This document shows positions 19,436 to 27,952 of a DNA stretch of 64,000 nt, piece after piece. Where the stretch lies: contig JBOEGF010000014.1 of the NCBI GenBank assembly GCA_050633305.1, forward strand, positions 128,001-192,000, in the 5' to 3' direction. Within the stretch, counting starts at the first letter, position 1. The number at the start of each line of letters is the position of its first letter. The notes below the pieces were generated by a model. That model made no database searches. It was given only the letters and a program-made list of their open reading frames with translations, and was not told the origin of the DNA. The position numbers and the translations under genes were made by a program. Source of the stretch: Nannocystales bacterium (GTDB taxonomy: Bacteria > Myxococcota_A > Polyangia > Nannocystales > Nannocystaceae).

Positions 19436-21160
19436 ATGCAGACCTACGAAACCGATGTCCTCGTCGTCGGCGGTGGCGGTGCCGCCACGGCTTCCACGAT
19501 CAGCGCTCACCAAGGTGGCGCGCGCACGATGATGGCGGTGAAAGGTCGCTTCGGCGTGCCCGGCAAGCGCGGCGCGGGGGCGACGTCGAACCCCATGGCC
19601 GACTTCTGGACGATCCGAACCGTCGGACCCAAGGGCGGCTTCTTCAACCCGCCCGAGTTGGTTCACGCGGACATGGTTCAGATGGGCCTGGGGACCAGCG
19701 ACCCCGCGCTGTGTCAGATTTTCGTCGACGAGGTCTCCGAGGCCACGAAGCGCTTGCGCAAGATGGGCATGGAGTTCGAGAGCAAGATGCTCGCGACGAT
19801 GCCCGCCAACGAGAAGACCAAGGGCACCAACAACATCGTCCAGATCCAAAAGGCGGTCATCGAAGGCACCGGAACCGAGGTGCTCGAAGGCGCCAACGTC
19901 GTTGACCTGATCGTTCAGGACGGTCACGTGCAAGGTGTCGTTGGGGTGCGTGATGATGGCGAGCCGTTCGTGATCCATGCCGGCGCGGTGATTCTGGCCA
20001 CCGGCGGGGTCGGGCAACTGTTCCAGTACTCCTTCAACCCTCCGGGAAACACAGGCGACGGTTACGCGATGGCAATGCGTGGCGGGGCCGAGCTGTTCAA
20101 CATGGAGTTCATGCAGCAGGGCATGGCGTCGGTCTACCCCGTGCAGGCCATGGTCATGCTGTACGAGATGGAAGAGCCGTTTCGCATGTACAACGGCCAC
20201 GGCGAGTCCTTCATCGAGAAGTATCTTCCCGAGGGCATCTCGCTGGAGCAGGTCTCCAAGGACAAGGCGTACCACTGGCCCGCGTCGTGTCGGGACACGG
20301 GCATCCACCTCGACCGAGCGATGCACAACGAAGTGCTCGCGGGCAATGGGACTCCAAACGACGGCGTGTTCTTGGACCTCTCTCAAGGCGAGCGAGGGTT
20401 CCAGCCGGAGGTCTTCGACAAGTTCATGCGCGACCTCGGCATCGACATCAAGAAAGACTTGGTGCAGGTGCAGATGTTCCACCACACCTCCAACGGCGGC
20501 GTGCGGGTCAACGAGCAGTGCCACTCCTCCACGGTTCAGGGGCTGTTCGCCATCGGTGAGACGATGGGTTGGCAGGGCGCAGACCGCCTTGGCGGCACCA
20601 TGCTGGGTGGGTCTCAGGTCTTCGGTTGGCGCGCGGGTGCGGCTGCTGCCGAGGCCTCGAAGCAGCGTCCCGATGCTGGCTCGGTCACCGCCTCGTTGCT
20701 GGAGCACCTCATTGAGGCTCCGGTCCGCAAGATGCGCGAGACCAAAGGCTCCAAGCGCCCGCAGGACCTCAAACCGGCGCTCCAGCGCACGATGTGGAGA
20801 GAGCTCCTGGTCGAGAAGGATGCCGAGGGGCTCGCGCGCGCGCAGCAATTCGTCAACGACGAACGTGACCGTCTCGCGAACGACCTCGCGTTGGCCGAAG
20901 GGCTCGACCTCGCGCTGGCGTTCGAGCATCGCAACCTGCTCGACGTCGCTGAAGCGATCATCGGTGCGGCCGACATGCGCAAGGAAAGCCGGGGCTCGCA
21001 CTACCGCGGGGACTACCCCGAGCGCGACGACGCCAACTGGCTGACCAACGTCTTCTCAACCCACAAGGAGGGCAAGCTCGTGCAGGCCAAGAAGTGGATC
21101 AACGAGGAGATCGGCTGGACCGACGCCCCCGGCGACGTTCGCATCATGCCGTGGGGCTGA
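19436..21160 (+). CDS. FAD-binding protein of the succinate dehydrogenase/fumarate reductase/L-aspartate oxidase flavoprotein family
   Basis: DVLVVGGGGA, VILATGG, NTGDGYAMA, GLFAIGE...GADRLGG, RKESRGSHYRGDYPERDD. Confidence 0.9.
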   Translation: MQTYETDVLVVGGGGAATASTISAHQGGARTMMAVKGRFGVPGKRGAGATSNPMADFWTIRTVGPKGGFFNPPELVHADMVQMGLGTSDPALCQIFVDEVSEATKRLRKMGMEFESKMLATMPANEKTKGTNNIVQIQKAVIEGTGTEVLEGANVVDLIVQDGHVQGVVGVRDDGEPFVIHAGAVILATGGVGQLFQYSFNPPGNTGDGYAMAMRGGAELFNMEFMQQGMASVYPVQAMVMLYEMEEPFRMYNGHGESFIEKYLPEGISLEQVSKDKAYHWPASCRDTGIHLDRAMHNEVLAGNGTPNDGVFLDLSQGERGFQPEVFDKFMRDLGIDIKKDLVQVQMFHHTSNGGVRVNEQCHSSTVQGLFAIGETMGWQGADRLGGTMLGGSQVFGWRAGAAAAEASKQRPDAGSVTASLLEHLIEAPVRKMRETKGSKRPQDLKPALQRTMWRELLVEKDAEGLARAQQFVNDERDRLANDLALAEGLDLALAFEHRNLLDVAEAIIGAADMRKESRGSHYRGDYPERDDANWLTNVFSTHKEGKLVQAKKWINEEIGWTDAPGDVRIMPWG

Positions 21161-21184
21161 GCAGAACGCGCCGCCCTGCAAGAC

Positions 21185-21220
21185 AGCCGGATGGACTCAC
21201 GGGTCGAGGACCATCCGGCT
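21185..21220. terminator. stem-loop between convergent genes
   Basis: Perfect 10-bp inverted repeat AGCCGGATGG / CCATCCGGCT; no clear U-tract. Confidence 0.5.
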
Positions 21221-21341
21221 CCCGCGCAGCTGCGAAAACAAAGGGAAAGAAAAGTTGACGAGCCGTCGAGTACCCGGAGGACGACTGGGTATATGCGGAT
21301 CTCAACAGCTTATTCATCGCCGTCGCGGTGCCGTAGGCTGC

Positions 21342-22187
21342 TCAGCGCTCGAGAAGTTCGTTTGAGAAGGCCAGGATCGCGTCCGTCACTGCGCCCGGCG
21401 CATCGAACTGCATCCCATGGGCGCCGGGTGCCGTCGTTCGGGTGACGGGTTGGTCGAGCTTCGCAAACGCAGCGTCCACCTTGGCGTTGTCGGTGGCCTC
21501 GTCGTCGTCGGCCAGCAGCAGCAGCGTGGGTAGCGATAGCTTCCGCAACGCCATCGTGGCACCCATGCCGAGCTTCTTCGTCTGGGCGAAGAAGCGGGGG
21601 GTGAGCTTGAGAAGCTTGAGTGGATCGGGCCGGACAAACGCGTCGAGGTACGGACCCTTGGTGAACATCGTCTCGGCGATCGGTGTTTCGACCGCTGGCT
21701 CGTCATCGGCCGCGCCGACCGCAGCCGCCTGGGCCCCCGTGGCCGCTTGGACAACTTGTGCGGTTGGGAACAGCCCGGGGGTCAACAGCACGAGGCCTTG
21801 GACTCGATCCCCGAGAGGACGGACCAGGTTCAGCGCAAGAATCGACCCCCAGCACCACCCGGCGAGAACCATGGTGTGTCCATCGGGGACACTGTGGCCG
21901 ATGATCGTGAGCGCGTCGTCGATGATGGCTTTGCCCGAGGGGGCGTCACCGCGGGCCTCCTCGTTGAGCCCCGAGCCCCGGCGGTCCGCGCCAACGACCG
22001 CGTACCCGGCGTCCACGAGGGCGTCGACGAGGGGGAAGAACCACCCCGAGTGGCTCATGATCCCGTTGAAGAGGACGATCGTCGCACGCGCTTCAGATGC
22101 GGGGCGCCACGTACGGTAGGTGAGCGTGTAGCCGTCGTCGGCGGTCACGCGAACGAGCTCTTCCGGGGTGCGAGCGGCGAGCTGCAT
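21342..22187 (-). CDS. alpha/beta hydrolase (lysophospholipase/Hydrolase_4-like) with GWCWG nucleophile elbow
   Basis: DGYTLTYRTW, DRRGSGLN, LAGWCWGS, AHGMQFD; start overlaps the SDR stop (TGATG). Confidence 0.85.
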   Translation of the reverse strand: MQLAARTPEELVRVTADDGYTLTYRTWRPASEARATIVLFNGIMSHSGWFFPLVDALVDAGYAVVGADRRGSGLNEEARGDAPSGKAIIDDALTIIGHSVPDGHTMVLAGWCWGSILALNLVRPLGDRVQGLVLLTPGLFPTAQVVQAATGAQAAAVGAADDEPAVETPIAETMFTKGPYLDAFVRPDPLKLLKLTPRFFAQTKKLGMGATMALRKLSLPTLLLLADDDEATDNAKVDAAFAKLDQPVTRTTAPGAHGMQFDAPGAVTDAILAFSNELLER

Positions 22188-22972
22188 CACAGGCCCATCG
22201 CGACGCCGCCGCAGACGTTCCAAGACTGCCCCGTGACCGATCCCGAGGCCGGGGACAGGAGGTGCAGGATCGTTTCCGCGACCTCCTCGGGCTCGAGGAT
22301 ACGACCCATGGGGTTGCCTTCGGCGATTTCCTCGATCACGGAGTCCGCGTCGCGCCCGGCCATCTTGCCGCGCACGGCCATCCCATCGCGCATCAACTTG
22401 GTGTTGACCTGGGAGGGTGCAACCGCGTTGACCGTGATGCCCAACTTCGCGACCTCGACGGCGAGCGACCGGGTAAAGCCATCCACCGCGGCTTTCGATG
22501 CGGAGTACAGGGTGTTGTAGGGCGCGCCCAGCTTGGCCGCGACGGAGGAAACGTTGACGATGCGCCCGTATTTGGCGCGCACCATGGGCTTGAGACACAG
22601 CTGCGTGAGGCGGATGACCGCGAACACATTCACGTCGAACATCGGCTGCCAGGTCGACTCCTTGCACATCAGGAGGTTGGCGACCATGTTGGTGCCCGCA
22701 TTGTTGACCAACCCGTCGACGCGCCCATGCGTGTTTCGGACGTGCCGAACCATCGCCTTGCAGGCGTCCGCGTCGGTGATGTCCAACGGGTAAGCTTCGG
22801 CTTTGAGTCCGCTGGCCTGCAGGGCCTCCGCCTCAGCACCAATCTGTTCGGGCGAACGCGCGACCAGGATGGGTAGCCCGCCAGCCTGAGCCACAAGCTT
22901 GGCGGTCGCGAGACCGATCCCGCGGCTGGCACCAGTGATGATGTGCACCTGGTTTGACAGCTGAAGCGGCAT
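22187..22972 (-). CDS. SDR family oxidoreductase (FabG-like)
   Basis: ITGASRGIG, LVNNAG, IVNVSS, YSASK, VTGQSWNVCGG. Confidence 0.95.
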   Translation of the reverse strand: MPLQLSNQVHIITGASRGIGLATAKLVAQAGGLPILVARSPEQIGAEAEALQASGLKAEAYPLDITDADACKAMVRHVRNTHGRVDGLVNNAGTNMVANLLMCKESTWQPMFDVNVFAVIRLTQLCLKPMVRAKYGRIVNVSSVAAKLGAPYNTLYSASKAAVDGFTRSLAVEVAKLGITVNAVAPSQVNTKLMRDGMAVRGKMAGRDADSVIEEIAEGNPMGRILEPEEVAETILHLLSPASGSVTGQSWNVCGGVAMGL

Positions 22973-23009
22973 GGCCTCGTTTACCAGGAATCGGGGTAGA
23001 CCGCATGAT

Positions 23010-23810
23010 ATGCGTGGGTCGGTGCTGGCGCATCGTGAGCTAGGAGGCGGGCCGGGAGCGCTCGTGTTCCTGCATGGCTTCTTCGCATCGAGCGCAGACC
23101 TGGAGCCGCTGGCGGAACAGGTTCTCGGGGGAACCGCGCGCGCGTTTCTGCCCGACTTGCTGGGCCACGGGAACTCGCCGGGGCTCCCGAGGTCCGCCGA
23201 CCTTGCGACGATGGCGGATGCGCTGGTGGGCTTGCTCGACGCTCAGGGAGTTCGTGCTCGGGTGCCGGTGATCGCCCACTCGATGGGAGGCAGGGTGGCG
23301 CTACGCGCGTTCGATCGATTTCCTGACCGGGTCGGGCCGCTGATGTTGCTCGATGCTCCGCCGGGCCCAGTGCTCGAAAGGCGTTCCCCCCTCTCCCCGT
23401 TCATGAGGGCAATGTGTGCGGCGCCGCAAAGAGCGGCCACCGAGGCGGAACTCGTGGCGGTGTTCGAGCGGGTGATGATGGGCGACGCGCTCCGGCGGTG
23501 GATTCACGACCGTGTCAAACGTGACGACGAAGGGTTCACGTGGGACTTCGACCGTCAGCGACTCGCGGACTATCGCTCTGCGAGCATCTCAGAGGACCTG
23601 TGGCCGGTGGTGGAGGCGCTGGACCCCGCCGAAGTCGCGGTGTTTGCCCCGCACACGTCGGCCTACTTCCGCGCCGCAGATCGGCAGCGCTACGCCGACC
23701 TCGGCATCGAGGTTCACACGCATCCGGACGCGACCCACGACATGCACCGTGCGATGCCCGCGGACTTCGTGCGAACCATGAGAGCGCTGCTTGGTACCGG
23801 TTCTCGCTGA
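23010..23810 (+). CDS. alpha/beta hydrolase (YbfF/ABHD11-like esterase)
   Basis: VFLHGF, DLLGHGNS, AHSMGG, ATHDMH. Confidence 0.88.
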   Translation: MRGSVLAHRELGGGPGALVFLHGFFASSADLEPLAEQVLGGTARAFLPDLLGHGNSPGLPRSADLATMADALVGLLDAQGVRARVPVIAHSMGGRVALRAFDRFPDRVGPLMLLDAPPGPVLERRSPLSPFMRAMCAAPQRAATEAELVAVFERVMMGDALRRWIHDRVKRDDEGFTWDFDRQRLADYRSASISEDLWPVVEALDPAEVAVFAPHTSAYFRAADRQRYADLGIEVHTHPDATHDMHRAMPADFVRTMRALLGTGSR

Positions 23811-23852
23811 GCGGGGAACCTTCCGCGGTGTGGCGAGCACATCCACTTCGGG

Positions 23853-25034
23853 GTGGGGATGGTGCGGAAGACGAAGTACACGGCTGTAGGGATACTGGTG
23901 GCCTTGATGGGGTGCGGTGACGACGACGCCCGGGAGATGGGTTCGTTCACCCAGACCGGGCTCACAGGAGTCGGCGGCGCGACCGGAGGGGATGGAGGCG
24001 AAGACTCCACCTCGGGTGGCGAGGACGAGTCTGGGGGAACCGGTCTCAAGTTGGATGTCGAGGCGATGACGGCCGGCGACGAGGGCGGGCCCAGCGGCTG
24101 CGAGTCGCTCGTCGACGAAGCCGACGTTGGCCCGAAGCCGCAGGACATCATCGTGGTGGTCGACAATTCGGGCTCGATGTCCGCCGAAGCCGACTTCGTT
24201 CAGCAGCAGATGAACTCGTTCTCGGTGCAGATTGGCGCCGCGAACATCGACTCACACATCGTGCTGATCTCCGCGTACCCGACCTCGGACGCGGGCGTTT
24301 GCATCGATCCACCGTTGGGTTCTGGAGGGTGCCCCGCCGACGACAACAACGCACCCGAGTTCGTCCACATTGGGGCCTCGGTCGGGAGCAACGACGCGCT
24401 CCAGCAGATCCTCTCGCGCTACCCCGAGTACAGCCAGTATCTGCGCCAGACCGCTGTCACCCACATTGTTGTGGTCACGGATGACGATTCTGACCTGGGC
24501 GCACCGGAGTTCATCTCCGCGATGGCGGGGCTCTCTCCTCACCTCTCCGAGTTCAAGTTTCACGGGATCATCGCCCCCGAAGACCTGATTCAGGCCTGCC
24601 TCAACGGAACGACATGCTGTGGGCTCGCGGCTGACCAAGGGACCGTCTATCAGCAGCTCATCGCGACCACGGGCGGGGTCGAGGGCAACCTGTGCGAGCA
24701 GCAGTTTCAGCCGATCTTCCAGGCGGTCGCGCAGCAGGTCATTGGGGGTGCCACGCTCTCGTGTAGCTGGGAAGTCCCCGAACCGCCCCCGGGAGAGGAA
24801 TTCGACAAGGACGAGGTGAACATCGAGTTCGATGACGGCCAGGGGGGCACGTTGCAGATCGGGCGCGTCGACGATCCGTCGTTGTGCGGGGGTGTTGCCG
24901 ACGGCTGGTACTACGACGACCCGAACGCTCCGTCCGTCATCACCGTCTGCCCGCAGACGTGCACCAAAATCCAAGGCTTTGCGCAGGCCGAGATCTCGAT
25001 CATCTTCGGCTGCGCGACGATCCCTGCGGGCTAG
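23853..25034 (+). CDS. vWA-domain lipoprotein with C-terminal Cys-containing domain
   Basis: Lipobox LMGC; DIIVVVDNSGSM MIDAS; VVVTDDDS; C-terminal GWYYD...ITVCPQTC...FGCAT. Confidence 0.85.
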   Translation: MGMVRKTKYTAVGILVALMGCGDDDAREMGSFTQTGLTGVGGATGGDGGEDSTSGGEDESGGTGLKLDVEAMTAGDEGGPSGCESLVDEADVGPKPQDIIVVVDNSGSMSAEADFVQQQMNSFSVQIGAANIDSHIVLISAYPTSDAGVCIDPPLGSGGCPADDNNAPEFVHIGASVGSNDALQQILSRYPEYSQYLRQTAVTHIVVVTDDDSDLGAPEFISAMAGLSPHLSEFKFHGIIAPEDLIQACLNGTTCCGLAADQGTVYQQLIATTGGVEGNLCEQQFQPIFQAVAQQVIGGATLSCSWEVPEPPPGEEFDKDEVNIEFDDGQGGTLQIGRVDDPSLCGGVADGWYYDDPNAPSVITVCPQTCTKIQGFAQAEISIIFGCATIPAG

Positions 25035-25108
25035 CTAGACGTCGTTCTCAACCGGCCGAGGCGCCCTGGCGGTGCCGCCGGCATCTGCGCGCTCGTTCTT
25101 CATCGGTC

Positions 25109-25489
25109 CTAGCTCATCAAGCCGCTGAGGACGGTGCGTGCCCGGTCATCGTCCATGCCGATGGCTTTGGCGACCGCGCGCAGGAGGTCGTCCTCCTCCT
25201 CGAGCACGAAGCCGTCCGCACTCGCGACTCGGAACGCGGCGGTGAGCACCTTGGCCTGGGCGTCCGCCCCGAGATCGCTGGGAAGGCATCCCAGGACCTC
25301 CTGTGGACTCCGCCCTTGGGACTGTGCCTCGGCGGCATCCCGCGCCAGCTCCCCGTCCGGGAGCGCTCGGCCGGTGAATTCGTCGTACGCTCGTTCGGCT
25401 GCCGCCACCTCGTCGGGATCGACGTCTTCGTCGGCGACGATCATGGCCAGCAGGACTCCTCGCAAACAGGGCCCAAGAGAATCGCTCAC
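25109..25489 (-). CDS. TerB-like (tellurite resistance fold) protein
   Basis: AMIVADEDVDPDE...AFRVASADGFVLEEEDDLLRAVAKAIG. Confidence 0.8.
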   Translation of the reverse strand: MSDSLGPCLRGVLLAMIVADEDVDPDEVAAAERAYDEFTGRALPDGELARDAAEAQSQGRSPQEVLGCLPSDLGADAQAKVLTAAFRVASADGFVLEEEDDLLRAVAKAIGMDDDRARTVLSGLMS

Positions 25490-25521
25490 GGGCGGCTCAT
25501 ACCATGGCGTAGGCTGGTTGC

Positions 25522-25887
25522 ATGGCTGCAAGTCTGGTCGTCTGTTCGTCGTGCGCGGTACACGTAATACAGGGCGAGGAGCGGTGTCCACATTGTGGTG
25601 GAGCGGTTCGTTCGGATGTGACCCGTTCTCTGGGACGGGCAACGGGGGTGGTGCTGGCAGGATTGGTCCTTGCGGGCTGCCAGATCGAGCCCGAGTACGG
25701 TGTGCCACTCACCGCCACCACGGGCGGAGACACGGACACGGACACGGACACGGACACCGAGCCGTCGAGTACGACCATGGGAGGCGAGGGCACGGCGAGC
25801 ACGGGCTCCTCGTCGACCGGCGCGGGGTCCGGTGGAAGCACGAGCATCAGTCCCGACTACGGTGTTCCGACGACGGGCGAGTCGTAG
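25522..25887 (+). CDS. Zn-ribbon/lipobox/YGxP lipoprotein, copy 1 (putative radical SAM substrate)
   Basis: CSSC-x10-CPHC, LAGC lipobox, EYGVP, S/T/G/D linker, C-terminal ISPDYGVPTTGES. Confidence 0.85.
   Translation: MAASLVVCSSCAVHVIQGEERCPHCGGAVRSDVTRSLGRATGVVLAGLVLAGCQIEPEYGVPLTATTGGDTDTDTDTDTEPSSTTMGGEGTASTGSSSTGAGSGGSTSISPDYGVPTTGES
25730..25758 (+). repeat. in-frame (GACACG)n microsatellite encoding DTDTDTDT
   Basis: gacacggacacggacacggacacggacac read directly. Confidence 0.85.
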
Positions 25888-25912
25888 CGAGCGATTTGCT
25901 ACGCTACGCGGC

Positions 25913-26347
25913 GTGGCTTTGACTGCGTGTTCCTCATGCTCCTTGTACATCCGTCGCGATGAGATCGTGTGCCCGCATTGCGGGTCCGAACACGGTCCGA
26001 ATCGGGCTCCTGTGGCACGGACCGCCGCGGCGGTTCTGATGGGCCTGGCGCTCGCCGGGTGCCCCGCCAATGAGGACGATGAGGACACGGGGGACTCGAT
26101 CGCGACGTCGGCTCTGTACGGTGGTCCGACGACCGACACCGCGACGGAGGGTGGCTCAGGCACGACGAGCGGCACGGACTCCGCGACGTCGAGCAGCGGG
26201 TCTTCCGGGAGCTCGAGCACGACAGCGGCCGACACCAGTGGGACATCGAGCTCGACCGGCGGCGAAACCGACACCGACGGGAGCACGGGGTCGGGAAGCA
26301 GCACGGGCATCAGTCCCGACTACGGCGTGCCGACGACGGGTGAATAG
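25913..26347 (+). CDS. Zn-ribbon/lipobox/YGxP lipoprotein, copy 2
   Basis: GTG start (VALTACSSC...CPHC), LAGC, LYGGP, ISPDYGVPTTGE. Confidence 0.85.
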   Translation: MALTACSSCSLYIRRDEIVCPHCGSEHGPNRAPVARTAAAVLMGLALAGCPANEDDEDTGDSIATSALYGGPTTDTATEGGSGTTSGTDSATSSSGSSGSSSTTAADTSGTSSSTGGETDTDGSTGSGSSTGISPDYGVPTTGE

Positions 26348-26383
26348 CCTCGCACTGCACCATCCGGCTGCTACGCTGTCACT

Positions 26384-26893
26384 ATGGCTTTGGTAGCGTG
26401 CTCATCTTGTTCTGTCTACGTCCGGCGTGACGAGTCTGGTTGCCCCAACTGCGGTGCCGATCTGAGCGGTGCCGGCGGTCCTGTCGTTCGTACCGCGGCG
26501 GCGGTGCTCATGGGACTGACGTTGGCGGGTTGCCCCGCGCCCGAGCCTGAGGATGAGGGCGCTTCGTCTTCAGCAACGGACACCAGCTCACAGACGGATT
26601 CGTCTTCGAGCACGACGGGTGTTTCGGGGACCACCAGCCCCGCCACGATGTCGTCGGGCTCTGCGTACGGGGTCCCGCCCACGCAGAGCGGCACCGGAGA
26701 AGAATCGGGTCCGCCCGATACCACCGGGCCAGGCACCGATGGCTCCACGGGCACCGACACCGACACCGACGCAAGCACGAGCACCGGCTCGGCGACCGAT
26801 ACTGACACGGGTACCACCGGTGGCACCGATTCAGCGACGGAGACCGGGAGCACGGGCATCAGCCCCGACTACGGCACCCCCCCGACGGGCTGA
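26384..26893 (+). CDS. Zn-ribbon/lipobox/YGxP lipoprotein, copy 3
   Basis: CSSC...CPNC, LAGC, AYGVP, ISPDYGTPPTG. Confidence 0.87.
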   Translation: MALVACSSCSVYVRRDESGCPNCGADLSGAGGPVVRTAAAVLMGLTLAGCPAPEPEDEGASSSATDTSSQTDSSSSTTGVSGTTSPATMSSGSAYGVPPTQSGTGEESGPPDTTGPGTDGSTGTDTDTDASTSTGSATDTDTGTTGGTDSATETGSTGISPDYGTPPTG

Positions 26894-26916
26894 GCGGGGA
26901 TGCGATAGTCTCGGGC

Positions 26917-27372
26917 ATGGCTGGCCCACTTATCGTTTGCCCCTCTTGTTCCACGCACGTTTTGGTTCGTGACGCCGGATGTCCGCACTGCGGCGCGACC
27001 GTGCGCAGTGGTGGTCAGGTGCTCGGTCGTACCGCGGGGGCGATGCTCATGGGGCTGACGCTCGCCGGGTGTCCCGCATCCGACGACACGAGCGAGACGA
27101 TGGGCAACGGGGAAACCAGCACCACCAGCACGCAGCCGACCTCGTCCACAACGGACGACAGCGGCAGTACGAGCACGTTTGATGTCAGTAGTGGGCCCGT
27201 GGGCGAAGCCTACGGAAACCCCGACACCTCCGATACGCTGGGGACCAGCTCAGGCGGCGACACCGACGGGACCAGCTCGGGTTCGAGCGGTTCCAGCAGC
27301 GGCAGTGGCTCGGACAGTGGGTCCAGTACCGGGATCAGCCCGGACTACGGCGTGCCGACCACTGGTAAGTAG
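26917..27372 (+). CDS. Zn-ribbon/lipobox/YGxP lipoprotein, copy 4
   Basis: CPSC...CPHC, LAGC, AYGNP, ISPDYGVPTTGK. Confidence 0.87.
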   Translation: MAGPLIVCPSCSTHVLVRDAGCPHCGATVRSGGQVLGRTAGAMLMGLTLAGCPASDDTSETMGNGETSTTSTQPTSSTTDDSGSTSTFDVSSGPVGEAYGNPDTSDTLGTSSGGDTDGTSSGSSGSSSGSGSDSGSSTGISPDYGVPTTGK

Positions 27373-27443
27373 GCCTTCCTCCCTACCGTCTAGGTCCGTC
27401 GTGGGCTGGTGCTTGGCATCGGCTCCATGCGACCCTCCTACCC

Positions 27444-27950
27444 ATGGCTGGCCCTCTCATTGTTTGCGCTGCTTGCTCGTCCCATGTCCTGACTTCCGAC
27501 AAGGCCTGCCCGCATTGCGGAGCGGCGGTCCACGATGGCAAGGGGCAGGTCTTGGGGCGCACCGCAGCGGCAGTACTCATGGGGCTTGCGCTCGCGGGTT
27601 GCCCAGCGGATGACGACTCGGGCGATTCGATGGGCGGTGGGGACTCGTCATCCTCCGCGAGCACCGACCCTGGGAGTTCGGGGCCCAGCGAGGGAAGCAG
27701 CAGCACCGCTTCGTCGACCACCGCCGGATCGACGGCCGACACCTTCGCTGAGTCGGGTGCGCAGTCAGCCTACGGTACGCCAGACACCGAGACGTTCGGC
27801 ACGACCGACATGACCGAGTCGGACACGACCAGCTCGGGCGGCGACACCGACACCGACACCGACGCCGGAACTGACACCGAAGCGGGCGGCACGGACCCAG
27901 GCACGACCACGACCGCTCCGCTGTACGGCGCCGCGCCCAGCGACGAGTAG
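27444..27950 (+). CDS. Zn-ribbon/lipobox/YG lipoprotein, copy 5
   Basis: CAAC...CPHC, LAGC, AYGTP, C-terminal APLYGAAPSDE. Confidence 0.87.
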   Translation: MAGPLIVCAACSSHVLTSDKACPHCGAAVHDGKGQVLGRTAAAVLMGLALAGCPADDDSGDSMGGGDSSSSASTDPGSSGPSEGSSSTASSTTAGSTADTFAESGAQSAYGTPDTETFGTTDMTESDTTSSGGDTDTDTDAGTDTEAGGTDPGTTTTAPLYGAAPSDE

Positions 27951-27952
27951 CC

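Noticed and set aside
19436..21160. Calling the flavoprotein sdhA, frdA or nadB
   Set aside because: Key FAD-attachment and substrate residues are changed and no partner genes are adjacent.
25109..25489. TerB gene as part of a ter stress/defence operon or of the array system
   Set aside because: It is a solitary TerB-like gene; only its divergent position (32 bp) links it to the array, and such genes are common singletons.
25837..27372. Regularly recurring about 40-bp DNA repeat that might suggest a CRISPR or repeat array
   Set aside because: Spacing is about 450-550 bp, copies vary at synonymous positions and encode the ISPDYGVP tail; there are no cas genes.
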